Shown: piece after piece, positions 54,577-64,000 of the stretch | Position numbering within the stretch: the stretch's first letter is position 1 | How the letters are laid out: each line of letters starts with the position of its first letter | Assembly (NCBI GenBank): GCA_020184695.1 | Contig: JAANOX010000035.1 | Location: 186,001 to 250,000 of the forward strand | Length of the DNA: 64,000 bases | Direction of reading: 5' to 3' | Origin: Histomonas meleagridis 2922-C6/04-290x | Lineage: Eukaryota > Protista > Parabasalia | Made by a program: the position numbers and the translations under genes | Notes under the pieces: model-generated | Seen by the model: the letters and a program-made list of their open reading frames with translations, nothing else | What the model was told of the DNA's origin: nothing | Databases searched by the model: none

Positions 54577-54734
54577 TGCTAAATAAATCATTTGTATTGT
54601 GTCTTTTAAAATATAATAATTTTTTCAAAAGATTTAATATAATAAATCTTATGATATAAATTACACAACTTAATTCTTCGAAACTTGTGATTTCGGCAAT
54701 TTCATTTTCATAAAGTTAATGGATAATGTGGTTT

Positions 54735-54933
54735 TTATAAAATATATAATTGCTGTTTCATGTGCACTATAAATAATATATTATTTTGTTTGCAAACAAA
54801 AATTGCATATATGCCTGTATACAATAAATCAGGATCGTTCATAAGTAAATATTTAAAACATTTAATTGATCCAAAAAATGCTATACAATCAATTAATGAA
54901 ACATCTTTATCAATAAAAAATATATTATTTAGC
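54735..54933 (-). pseudogene. DUF3447-type relic
   Basis: SLIDCIAFFGSIKCFKYLLMN matches the core motif of genes 1 and 2; truncated on both sides. Confidence 0.7.
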
Positions 54934-54940
54934 AAAAAAA
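54934..54940 (-). terminator. Pol III terminator (T7)
   Basis: Seven T on the minus strand immediately after the tRNA discriminator base. Confidence 0.8.
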
Positions 54941-55012
54941 CTCGCTGACCGGGAATCGAACCCGGATCACAGGAACGACAATCCTACATGATAACCATTA
55001 CACTATCAGCGA
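54941..55012 (-). tRNA. tRNA-Asp(GTC), 72 nt, intronless
   Basis: TCGCTGA/TCAGCGA acceptor stem, A box TAGTGTAATGG, anticodon arm TAGGA-TTGTCGT-TCCTG, T arm CCGGG-TTCGATT-CCCGG. Confidence 0.95.
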
Positions 55013-55194
55013 TTCGATTATTCAATAAATGAATAAGATTAGATACTAACATAGACCAATATTTTTCAAGAACAAACTGTTAATACTCGATTTCAATACT
55101 TTATATAAAAATTGAATAATTTCGAATGTTTTCTGTCTACAACACCATTTATCATCCCTAAAATATTCAAAATCATATTTATTACAGCAATTTT

Positions 55195-55463
55195 ATATTT
55201 CAAAATAATATTTGGAAATTATTTAAAAAATTTAAAACAGAGCTTATGATTGCATCTCGAAATGGGTATGTAGAAATCGTTTAATTTGGTATATGGATCC
55301 AAAGATAATTTTTGTTTTATTTAGAATATATATTAATCATTTGATATTCTAAAATGTTATTTGGAAGTTGTATGTGATACTTAATACAGCACTTATTTAT
55401 GCAGAAGAAAATGAAAAAACTGAAATAGTCGAATTACTTTCTAAAATAGAAGGAATAGAATAA
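55195..55463 (+). pseudogene. Decayed ankyrin module/spacer relic
   Basis: Spacer motif ATTTCAAAATAATATTTGGAAATTATTT, then TELMIASRNGYVEIV*, a 79-nt spacer, and TALIYAEENEKTEIVELLSKIEGIE*. Confidence 0.75.
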
Positions 55464-55884
55464 TGTAGAATTATATTCAACAAATTCAAAGCATTATAGT
55501 AAATAAATTTTGATTCCCAACTAATAATTGGTAAAATAAAGCATCAAATGAAAGTAAACTTTGATTAAAATCCGAAATTTGTCAAAAAAGAGTCATCCAC
55601 CAAATTTTATTTTCTCTATCTTATATACACTTCTTTCTGAGTGATTAATCCCTATATTTTTTCAAAATTTGTGATTAATTTTCCAATTTGGCTATAATGG
55701 CGTTTATAATATAAAATTATCAAGTAAACACTTTGGCTAATTTTAACATCACTGGAATTTTGGTGATTTTTTGTGTTTTATTTTACCAAGAAATAGGGGT
55801 AGATAGGGAGTTTCCTACAGGATAGGGATTAATGATGGTGACTATATTAATAGGAGTGTGAAAGCATTTTTTACTCAGGCAAAA

Positions 55885-56060
55885 TTAAAATTTATCTTTT
55901 TATTGACCAAGTAATTTGATGATTTTTTTATGATGATTACTTTTTGCTAGTGAAATTGCTGTTTCAAACATTTTTAATAATTTCCAAAAGTCATTATCTT
56001 GCTAATATAAGTGCTGTTTTAAATAATTGAAATAATTTTCAAATATTATTTTGAAATACT
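55885..56060 (-). pseudogene. Decayed ankyrin module/spacer relic with internal deletion
   Basis: Spacer motif then TALILAR*; a second spacer tail (TTTGGAAATTATT) then TAISLAKSNHHKKIIKLLGQ*. Confidence 0.7.
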
Positions 56061-56230
56061 ATATTATTCACATATATAAAAACTAGTTTTGATTTTTTCT
56101 TAAATATTTTCAAAAAATTATTTGAGCTAAATGCAGTGCCTTATGTTTTTAGTTACTAAGTTGTTTTAATGCTTTAAAAGACATGCTAAGGATTTAAACT
56201 CATCATTTCAAAGTATATAATCATGTTTTA

Positions 56231-56803
56231 TTATTGAGTGGTTTGGGGTGCCCAAGAAGCGGTTGGAATGTAAACCTGGAAACCAAAAACTAGAGGAACA
56301 TAGACCTCTGGTGGTTCCGCAGGAGTGATTTCAGGGTGGTTGTGAACTAAGAAATGAATCCATTTATCACCAAAATAGGCTCCATCAATATCTTCAACAC
56401 CTTCATAATCATAAAAATCTGTGCAATTTGGACAGAATATTTTCATTTTGTCAACACCAATATCACAACTAATTCCACATGGAAAGCATGACTTGTTATG
56501 GCAAAAAGAACGTGGACATCTTGGAAAAACTCCATTTTGAAATTTTTCTATCATTTTTTTTTGACCTTCTTCTGTTAAAAGATATTTTTGATGAATAAGG
56601 CCATAGAGAATTTCTGCTTGTGCGAGCATTTCTTTGTCATGTTCATCTGGATTAAGGTTTTGTGATAAAATAACTTTTAAAGCATAATCAAAGTCAGATA
56701 TCTTGTTTCTAAACTCTTCTGCTTCTTTTTTAATGAACTCTGTGTCGATATCTACTAAGAAGTCACCTTTTTGTTGAGAAAAGAATTCAATCCACCGCGT
56801 CAT
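56231..56803 (-). CDS. CSNK2B: Casein kinase II regulatory (beta) subunit
   Basis: WIEFF, LYGLIHQKY, CPRSFC...CPNC zinc finger, IDGAYFG. ATG 56803 preferred over GTG 56815. Confidence 0.93.
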   Translation of the reverse strand: MTRWIEFFSQQKGDFLVDIDTEFIKKEAEEFRNKISDFDYALKVILSQNLNPDEHDKEMLAQAEILYGLIHQKYLLTEEGQKKMIEKFQNGVFPRCPRSFCHNKSCFPCGISCDIGVDKMKIFCPNCTDFYDYEGVEDIDGAYFGDKWIHFLVHNHPEITPAEPPEVYVPLVFGFQVYIPTASWAPQTTQ

Positions 56804-57334
56804 GATTTGAGCCACTGCCTATCGTTTTGTAATGTATTGAAATATGGAGAAATTCAAACAATTGACTTCGGGTTGTGCAAAACATACACCATATGACAAC
56901 ATCATTTATAAATGTATACCAATTTCTCATGACTTTTTAAAACCTTAAAAATTTTATTATAATCAACAAAATTAATGATTAATCATATTGCAAGATTTTA
57001 AAAAGTTAATTTTTTTATATAGTTGAGTGAAAAATTGTGTTAAAAAAATCATTAACAAGTAAACATCAGGTAATTGAAATGTCATACCCATTCTCAATTA
57101 AACTTAAAGCAACAAAAAAAAAAAACTTTATATAACTTTTATTGTCAATACCATATTAAAAAGTTGATAAACAATACCTCTCGATAATCAATTATCGATG
57201 TAGTTCTTCATAAGATCATCCAAAAGTGATATGAAAATCATTTAGAAGTATCACTTTTTTTTAATTTTAATTTTATTTCTATATCTGTAATTTTTTAGTT
57301 TTTCATTTTATTGATACCAAACCCCGAAATATTT

Positions 57335-59749
57335 TTATAGTTCCATGTTTTTGATTAAATTATCCTCATTAAAATCTTTTGCAAATGGATCTTCCTCGAT
57401 ATTAGATTGTGGTACAACAACTGAAAAAGAACTTTCTTTTTGTGTACCTATTTGATCGATATTTTCTGAAACAACGTCTTCACTATTTGCTTTGTTACGT
57501 CGAATCCGTATTAATAAAACAACAAGCAATACAACGACAATAATTACAACAATAACAACACCGATAATAATATAAATGTATGTATTATTTGTTTCATTTT
57601 GTTCCATTTGTTGCAAAATAGTAAAGAAATCGGAATAAAAACTAAAATATGTTGTATATATTACAATTGTATATTCATAATAAATAAATTCTGTATAAAC
57701 ATATGTATACATAGAATTATACATCGAAAATATATACGTACTATTTAAATGCGTTCTTAAAAATGATAATGACAAGGAATTTGATAGTGATTGTACTAAA
57801 ATCATAGAATATGAAATCGTAGTTGCAAAATCATACGGCGTATTCGACTGCTTGAATGTATTTGATTGCGAAAATGTGTTTGATCTTGTGAATTTGTTGG
57901 ATTGTGAGAATGTATTTGATTGTGAAAATGTAAGTGTTGGTGGAAGACATTCATCAATTGTCGTGTTGCTTATACTAAAATCTCCAAATGAATCATTTTC
58001 ATATGAAGAAGTTACCATAACTGTTTGTGCATGAATGTTTCCAAATGCATTTGATGCAATATTTGGTTCATTTTCTCCATCATAATATATGCACTTAAGA
58101 TTCTCGCAAAATTGAAATGCAGATGTATCAATGGTTTGAACATTTCCTTGAATAGTAACTATTTCCAAACTCGAACATGAATAAAATGAAAGACTACCAA
58201 TAAATGTAACAGAAATAGGAATTGTAATATTCTTCAGTTTATGGCAATATATAAATGTATGATCAAGAATTTCTGAGATATTTTCATTAAATTCAAATGT
58301 TTCCAAATTTATGCATAGTTGAAATGCTACACGTCCGAGAGATGTAACTGATCTTGGCATTGTGAAATTTTTTAACTTTGTACATTGATTAAATGTAAAT
58401 TCTCCAATAGTTTCTAATTTATTACCAATAATAATTGTTTCTAAATTACTACAAAAACCAAATGCACTATACATAATTGTTTCGATGTTTTCCCCTAAAT
58501 TAATGGATTGCAAACTAGAACAAGAATAAAATGAATAATTTCCTAAAGATGTAATTGAATTTGGAAGTAATATACTTTTGAGTTGACTACAATTAAAAAA
58601 TGTATGATCAAGAATTTCTGAGATATTTCCATAAATTTCAAATGTTTCCAAATTTATGCATAGTTGAAATGCTACACGTCCGAGAGATGTAACTGATCTT
58701 GGCATTGTGAAATTTTTTAACTTTGTACATTGATTAAATGTAAATTCTCCAATAGTTTCTAATTTATTACCAATAATAATTGTTTCTAAATTACTACAAA
58801 AACCAAATGCACTATACATAATTGTTTCGATGTTTTCCCCTAAATTAATGGATTGCAAACTAGAACAAGAATAAAATGAATAATTTCCTAAAGATGTAAT
58901 TGAATTTGGAAATAATATACTTTTGAGTTGACTACAATTAAAAAATGTATGATCAAGAATTTCTGAGATATTTCCATAAATTTCAACTGTTTCTAAATTA
59001 TTACATTGTTGAAATGCAGTATTTCCAAGAGACGTAAGTGAATTTGGCATTGTGAAGTTTTTTAACTTTCTACATTTATTAAATGCAAATTCTCCAATTG
59101 TTTCTAATTTGTCTCCAATAATGATTGTTTCTAAAATTGAACAATTTTGAAATGCGTAATTCATAATTGTTACTACATTATTTCCTAAATTAATCGATTG
59201 CAAATTATAACAGTTTATAAATGCATAAAATCCTATGGATGTAATTGAATTTGGCAGTATAATGCTTTTTAGTTGATTACATGTTGAAAATGTATAATTT
59301 CTAATTTCTGGAATATCTCCATAAATTTCAACTGTTTCTAAGTTTCTACATAATTGAAAAGAAGTTCTCCCAAGTAATGTAACTGATTTTGGGATTATAA
59401 TGCTCTGTAAACTTGTACAATTATTAAAAGCAAAAATACCAATTGTTGAAATTGTATTCCCAAGTTCAGCTGTTAAAAGTATTTTCCAATAAGAAAATGA
59501 ATAATCAGGTATAGAAATAACTCCATCTGAAATAATAAGATGAGATGCTAAAGTAGCGTAATTATTCAAGTTTGATATAACATCTGAACTACCAATTGTT
59601 AGCGTTTTTGTGCTTTCAACCCATGTTTCTGACAATGAATGCACGAAAATAAGTAAAAAAACAAAAGGACAAAACTTTTTTGATATATTTATCTTGATTT
59701 TATTTGTATTTAAAAAAATAAAAAGAAAATAAAAAAGAAAAATAAGCAT
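57335..59749 (-). CDS. BspA-like (TpLRR) type I membrane protein; frame stays open upstream to ATG 60163
   Basis: Long TpLRR array, FSQSNTF stalk, TM (IYIIIGVVIVVIIVVVLLVVLLI) and tail with DPFAKDF. MLIFLFYF at 59749 aligns with the start of the 9450 paralogue. Confidence 0.9.
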   Translation of the reverse strand: MLIFLFYFLFIFLNTNKIKINISKKFCPFVFLLIFVHSLSETWVESTKTLTIGSSDVISNLNNYATLASHLIISDGVISIPDYSFSYWKILLTAELGNTISTIGIFAFNNCTSLQSIIIPKSVTLLGRTSFQLCRNLETVEIYGDIPEIRNYTFSTCNQLKSIILPNSITSIGFYAFINCYNLQSINLGNNVVTIMNYAFQNCSILETIIIGDKLETIGEFAFNKCRKLKNFTMPNSLTSLGNTAFQQCNNLETVEIYGNISEILDHTFFNCSQLKSILFPNSITSLGNYSFYSCSSLQSINLGENIETIMYSAFGFCSNLETIIIGNKLETIGEFTFNQCTKLKNFTMPRSVTSLGRVAFQLCINLETFEIYGNISEILDHTFFNCSQLKSILLPNSITSLGNYSFYSCSSLQSINLGENIETIMYSAFGFCSNLETIIIGNKLETIGEFTFNQCTKLKNFTMPRSVTSLGRVAFQLCINLETFEFNENISEILDHTFIYCHKLKNITIPISVTFIGSLSFYSCSSLEIVTIQGNVQTIDTSAFQFCENLKCIYYDGENEPNIASNAFGNIHAQTVMVTSSYENDSFGDFSISNTTIDECLPPTLTFSQSNTFSQSNKFTRSNTFSQSNTFKQSNTPYDFATTISYSMILVQSLSNSLSLSFLRTHLNSTYIFSMYNSMYTYVYTEFIYYEYTIVIYTTYFSFYSDFFTILQQMEQNETNNTYIYIIIGVVIVVIIVVVLLVVLLIRIRRNKANSEDVVSENIDQIGTQKESSFSVVVPQSNIEEDPFAKDFNEDNLIKNMEL
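58261..58950. repeat. Near-identical 345-bp (five-LRR) tandem duplication inside BspA
   Basis: GATCAAGAATTTCTGAGATA anchors at 58261, 58606 and 58951; about five substitutions between the two full copies. Confidence 0.93.
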
Positions 59750-60465
59750 TGCAACCAAAGAAATTGAATTACAAATAAATTTATAATTGGATATATAATT
59801 TATTTTTTTACTTTGCTTTTGTTCTTTTATGAAATTGAAAGAATTTCTCGCTTGTGGAAAATTAGAATTCAAATAATTGAATGAATTTATTTTACACAAG
59901 CTTGTTGGTAAATACAAGTTATAAAGTGAGATTATTGGAAATGAGACGAATTTCACTAGATCTATTTGAATCATGTTAATATCAGGAAACTGATTAAAAG
60001 TATCGGTTATGTTGATTTCGTTACGCTTATATTCTAAACCATCAAGGTAGGCACTGATTTCTTCGGATTTATCATTTTTACTTCGTATGCATAATTTCCT
60101 ATAAATATTGGTTAGCTCACAATCTTTTGCTTGGGTAAAATGTATCAAGATGATAAATATCATGAGAAAGTCGGAGCTTTTAATTGAAGTTTGTCCACAA
60201 ACCTCGTCTAAGAAAATTACTCAAAACTTCATTCAAAAATTCTTAAATCACACATCTTGACCCATTGAAAGAAAGCTGTTTTGGGCGAGAACGATAATTC
60301 ACAGTTGGGGTACTAACCGCCTTGTGAAGTCTTTGGATTGATCATCTAAACACGTTCGAAAATATTTCAAAAAGTGGAAAGCGGCTATTCGTAAGTGCGG
60401 TTGTGAAAAGCCGCCAAAAACAAAAAATCAAAAACTTTTTCAAAGAAATTTTGTTGACAAGAAAA

Positions 60466-61563
60466 ATGGAGAAAAAGGAAAGAAAGGATCTCCTTGATCA
60501 AGATCTAACCTGGGATTTTGAAAATGCAAAACCAAACCCAAACTTCAAAATCGATCAGCAAATAGGAGAAGGTGGTTGTGGATCTGTTTATCGAGTAACG
60601 CACATTCCTTCAGGAAAACATTTTGCTGGCAAGGTAGTTACATCTTCTGACTTTGGAGACAAGCTTTTTAAAAACGAAGTTGAACTTATGAAAAATATTT
60701 CATCGCCATATACTATCAAATATTACGGAATTGTTTGCATTGACAACAAAACCGTGATTTTAATGGACATTTGTGAATGTGGTAGTATTCGTGATTTGAT
60801 GAATTTTACTGGTAAACCTCTTAAAAGAGAACAAGTGAAAATTGTTATCTATGATGTTATTAAAGCTCTCATTTACTTTCATGAAGAGTACAAAATTCTT
60901 CATCGTGATATAAAGGCTTCCAATATTTTACTTGCATCAAATGGAGAAATTAAAGTATCTGATTTTGGTATTTCTCGTCAATTCCTGACAACAACTGTAT
61001 TTACTCAAAGCGTTGTTGGTACTCCATATTGGATGGCCCCAGAGGTGATTAATGGTCAGAAATACACATTTTCAGCAGATACTTGGAGCGTTGGAATCCT
61101 TGCAATCGAACTTGCAGATTTCCTCCCGCCTTATTCAACACTTTCTCCCATTATTGCGACACAAAAAATTGCAGATGAAGGACTGAACGACCAAAGTTTT
61201 GATACTCAAAAGCATTCCAAAGAATTTCTTGATTTTGTTTCACAGTGTACAAAGTTTGATCCTACAGAAAGGCCAAACCTTCGCGAGCTTTTAAAGCATC
61301 CGTTTCTCAAAGATGTTCCAAAGATGGATCGTAAGATGTATATGAAACCATTAGTCAACTCAAAAATAGACCTTGCAGAATTGAACCAGAAAATGCACAT
61401 AGGCAGATTAATTGGAAAAATTGGTCCAGCAAAATTGATCATTTCGTTCGGAATTGGACTTTTCATATTTTGCAAAGTTTGGTCACAGACATCATTTAAA
61501 GTTGCTGTGATTACATTGGTTATTTTGGTCATTGCTGTGATTAAACTTTTAGACAAAAAATAA
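60466..61563 (+). CDS. STE20-family protein kinase with C-terminal hydrophobic segments
   Basis: IGEGGCGSVY, FAGK, HRDIKASNILL, DFG, GTPYWMAPE (STE20 signature). ATG 60466 preferred over GTG 60403. Confidence 0.92.
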   Translation: MEKKERKDLLDQDLTWDFENAKPNPNFKIDQQIGEGGCGSVYRVTHIPSGKHFAGKVVTSSDFGDKLFKNEVELMKNISSPYTIKYYGIVCIDNKTVILMDICECGSIRDLMNFTGKPLKREQVKIVIYDVIKALIYFHEEYKILHRDIKASNILLASNGEIKVSDFGISRQFLTTTVFTQSVVGTPYWMAPEVINGQKYTFSADTWSVGILAIELADFLPPYSTLSPIIATQKIADEGLNDQSFDTQKHSKEFLDFVSQCTKFDPTERPNLRELLKHPFLKDVPKMDRKMYMKPLVNSKIDLAELNQKMHIGRLIGKIGPAKLIISFGIGLFIFCKVWSQTSFKVAVITLVILVIAVIKLLDKK

Positions 61564-62016
61564 TTTGATTTCGAAATCAATCTTTTCTAAAAACTCATTT
61601 TGAATTAATTTTTAAAAGAACAAATGGTGATTTTTGAACATTTATAATTATTATTTACACTTTAATTTTCTGTTGTGCAGTGTTAACGTCTTTATATCAT
61701 GATTTCAGTACATTATAAAATGTGCCAATTTATCAACAGAGCAAAAGGATAAATTTTGATGGAATTTTGATAATATTATTATTTTTTCCTTCGGAACTAC
61801 ATCATATTAATCTATTGAACAAATTAAAATAAAACTATTCTTTAAATAAATATTTCGAATTTTAATTACAAAACAGAATATTTACATTATTTTATTTCCT
61901 GATGTTTTCACTCAAATATCTGTTGTCGTTTTCTATTCATTCGAAGCTTTTTGAATGATAAAAAACCGCTTGAAAACGATGCTCTGAAATTGACGCCCAT
62001 ACTTCATTTTCAAAAA

Positions 62017-63264
62017 ATGTCCGAACATTCTTGCATAACATTAGATGACGTTAAAGAGGCAAGAGAAAGAATCAAGGACGAGGCAGTTGTTACCCCATTA
62101 ACACATCCAAACAATCTTGCGAAAATGTGTGGATGTAATCTTTACTTAAAGGTTGAAGCACTTCAAAGATGCAAGGCATTCAAATTCAGAGGTGCCTTAA
62201 ACAAGATGAGGACACTCCCAGAGGGTACAACGGTTGTTTGTGTTAGTGCTGGAAATCATTCTCAAGGTGTTGCACTTGCTGCATCTTTATGTAAGTGTAA
62301 ATCCATCATTTACATGCCAGAGAATGCATCGATTGCTAAAGTTAATGCAACAAAACATTACGGTGGAAATGTTGTTCAAGTTGGTGAAACTTTTGATGAT
62401 GCCAAAAGAGAAATGGAAAAGGCTCTAGCTGAACACCCTGACTGGGTATTCGTACCTCCATACAATGATAAGTATATCATTGCTGGAACAGGAACTATTG
62501 GTCTTGAAATATATGAACAAGCTGAAAAGATTGATACTGTTGTTGTTCCAATTGGTGGTGGTGGCCTTATCAGTGGTGTTGCATTCACACTCAAGAAGCT
62601 TATGCCAAATGTCAGAATTGTTGGTGTTCAAATGGCTTCATGCCCTGAAACTTACAAACTTTTCAACAAGCAAAAGAAGCGGATTGTAGATCCTCTCCCA
62701 AAGGAAACCAAAACACCACTTGCTGATGGCATTGCTGTTAAAAGTCCAGGAGATCTCAATCTTGACATTATATACCATTACGTTGACGACGTTGTTGTTG
62801 TATCTGAAGATGATGTTGCAATTGCCGTTGCTCTTTTAGCCGAGCGCGCAAAACTTGTCTGCGAAGGTGCAGGAGCATCATCATTTGCAGCCGTTTATTC
62901 GAAGAAGTTTTACTTTGAAGAAAACGAAAACATTTGTTGCGTCATTAGTGGTGGTAACATTGAACTTAAGATGCTTTCAAGATGTATTGATCGAGCATTG
63001 TTCCTTCGTAGCACAAGATTGATGATTGAAGTTGTTCTTCCATATGGAACAGTCAATTATTCCAAGTTCTTAAGTATCCTTGTCCAAAATCATATTGATG
63101 TTCTTTCTGCTGTATCATTACCACACGTTGATGTGTACGCAAATAAGGAACATTATAATTTGACTGTGGATATTCCGAACATGACTGCCTATGAAAATGT
63201 TAAGGCAAGTTGCGCTGAAAAAGGTTGGGTGGTAACTCAACTTAGCTCAGCTGCAGTTGATTGA
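62017..63264 (+). CDS. Threonine/serine dehydratase (PLP) with C-terminal ACT-like region
   Basis: AFKFRGA (PLP lysine), SAGNHSQGVA, AGTGTIGLE, PIGGGGLISG, LADGIAV, EGAGA, SGGN. Inr TCATTT 13 nt before ATG 62017. Confidence 0.95.
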   Translation: MSEHSCITLDDVKEARERIKDEAVVTPLTHPNNLAKMCGCNLYLKVEALQRCKAFKFRGALNKMRTLPEGTTVVCVSAGNHSQGVALAASLCKCKSIIYMPENASIAKVNATKHYGGNVVQVGETFDDAKREMEKALAEHPDWVFVPPYNDKYIIAGTGTIGLEIYEQAEKIDTVVVPIGGGGLISGVAFTLKKLMPNVRIVGVQMASCPETYKLFNKQKKRIVDPLPKETKTPLADGIAVKSPGDLNLDIIYHYVDDVVVVSEDDVAIAVALLAERAKLVCEGAGASSFAAVYSKKFYFEENENICCVISGGNIELKMLSRCIDRALFLRSTRLMIEVVLPYGTVNYSKFLSILVQNHIDVLSAVSLPHVDVYANKEHYNLTVDIPNMTAYENVKASCAEKGWVVTQLSSAAVD

Positions 63265-63795
63265 AATAGTGAAGTACCTTAATTGGTAATAAAAAGAAAA
63301 ATGAATAATTGTTTGGTTATGAAAATCATTTGTTGTTTCTTGAAACATAAGCATCAGGAGTCTTGTTCTTGGAGATGATGAGAAAGAGTGAAGTGAAGTG
63401 ATGCAAATTTTTATCGAATGTTCGGAATTTTAGCTGTTAAAAAAGTATGGAGTTAAATGACATTTTAATGTTAACAATGTTATTCCTAATAAGGATTTAA
63501 GATATATAGAAAAGAAATTGATATAATAAAATATAAATTTATCTAACGTTAATGTCAGACTCATAAAAAAATATAATTATATTAAATATCTACTCATTAT
63601 GTTCATTTATTTATAATATTAAATGGTCTTATTTCTTTATATTTAAAAATTGATCTGAGAAAAAATCATTTTGGCAAGAGTAATTTTTCTTTGATTATGC
63701 ATTAATTATTTTCAACTAAGAGTATATAAAAATTTGTTAGTCATATTTTATGCTTTTTTTAAATTTTTACATTTTTAGTTGTAAAAAAGTGACAG

Positions 63796-64000
63796 ATGAA
63801 ACATCTTAATACCAAAGGACTAACAATTCCAACAAATGCAAATGATATGATAAAACAATGCAAAACATTCAAAAAACAAGAATTTAATCGAATTTCTAAT
63901 TTATCCTTTGGTGAACTAAATTCTTTTGTTGATGCATCATTTAAAAGAGTCAAAGAATTCACTGTTTCTAATGATCAAAAGCAAACCATTAAAACTTGCT
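63796..64000 (+). CDS. 5' end of an unknown gene (runs off window)
   Basis: MKHLNTKGLTIPTNANDMIKQCKTF... is open for 68 codons to the edge; AAAGTGAC at 63786-63793 lies directly upstream. Confidence 0.5.
   Translation, partial: MKHLNTKGLTIPTNANDMIKQCKTFKKQEFNRISNLSFGELNSFVDASFKRVKEFTVSNDQKQTIKTC

Noticed and set aside
55644-55833. 12-bp inverted repeat ATTAATCCCTAT...ATAGGGATTAAT with nearby TAGGG repeats (MITE or G4?)
   Set aside because: Arms do not extend, no target duplication, and only three G-runs; plausible by chance.
4343-62016. ORF-track starts at upstream or non-ATG codons (4343, 17388, 27156, 34027, 35996, 44146, 47392, 56815, 60403, 61951)
   Set aside because: Downstream ATGs fit family N-termini and Inr/AAAGTGAC positions better; the extensions look like UTR or promoter sequence.

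Overview
AT-rich, gene-dense and apparently intron-poor eukaryotic DNA, most consistent with a parabasalid (Trichomonas/Tritrichomonas/Histomonas group). Support: BspA-like LRR surface proteins, DUF3447-ankyrin-type genes, an M60-like gene, GTP-PEPCK, and Inr (TCACTT/TCATTT) and AAAGTGAC promoter motifs. The species cannot be fixed from sequence alone. Housekeeping genes: class I HDAC, Rictor-like, WDR4/Trm82, a large USP, VAMP7, Rab, DHHC-family PAT, HECT E3, IFRD-like, NTMT1, PEPCK, PA200/Blm10, CK2-beta, a STE20 kinase, threonine dehydratase, a serpin and tRNA-Asp(GTC). These are interleaved with intact, frameshifted and decayed BspA and DUF3447-ankyrin copies. The most striking feature is invisible in the ORF track. 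At two loci (23979-25197 and 30737-31747, minus strand) stop-free 30-codon ankyrin modules are separated by AT-rich spacers of exactly 80 nt (170-bp period) in 11 of 13 cases. The spacers break the reading frame, share an internal motif, and mostly lack GT-AG or parabasalid branch-point signals. This suggests a non-canonical intron/bypass/cassette system or an unusually length-constrained relic. Other highlights are an AmmeMemoRadiSam-type radical SAM enzyme fused to flavodoxin and an apparently catalytically dead, dually acylated M60/TCAF-like protein running off the left edge. All calls are by eye from motifs; no database searches were run.
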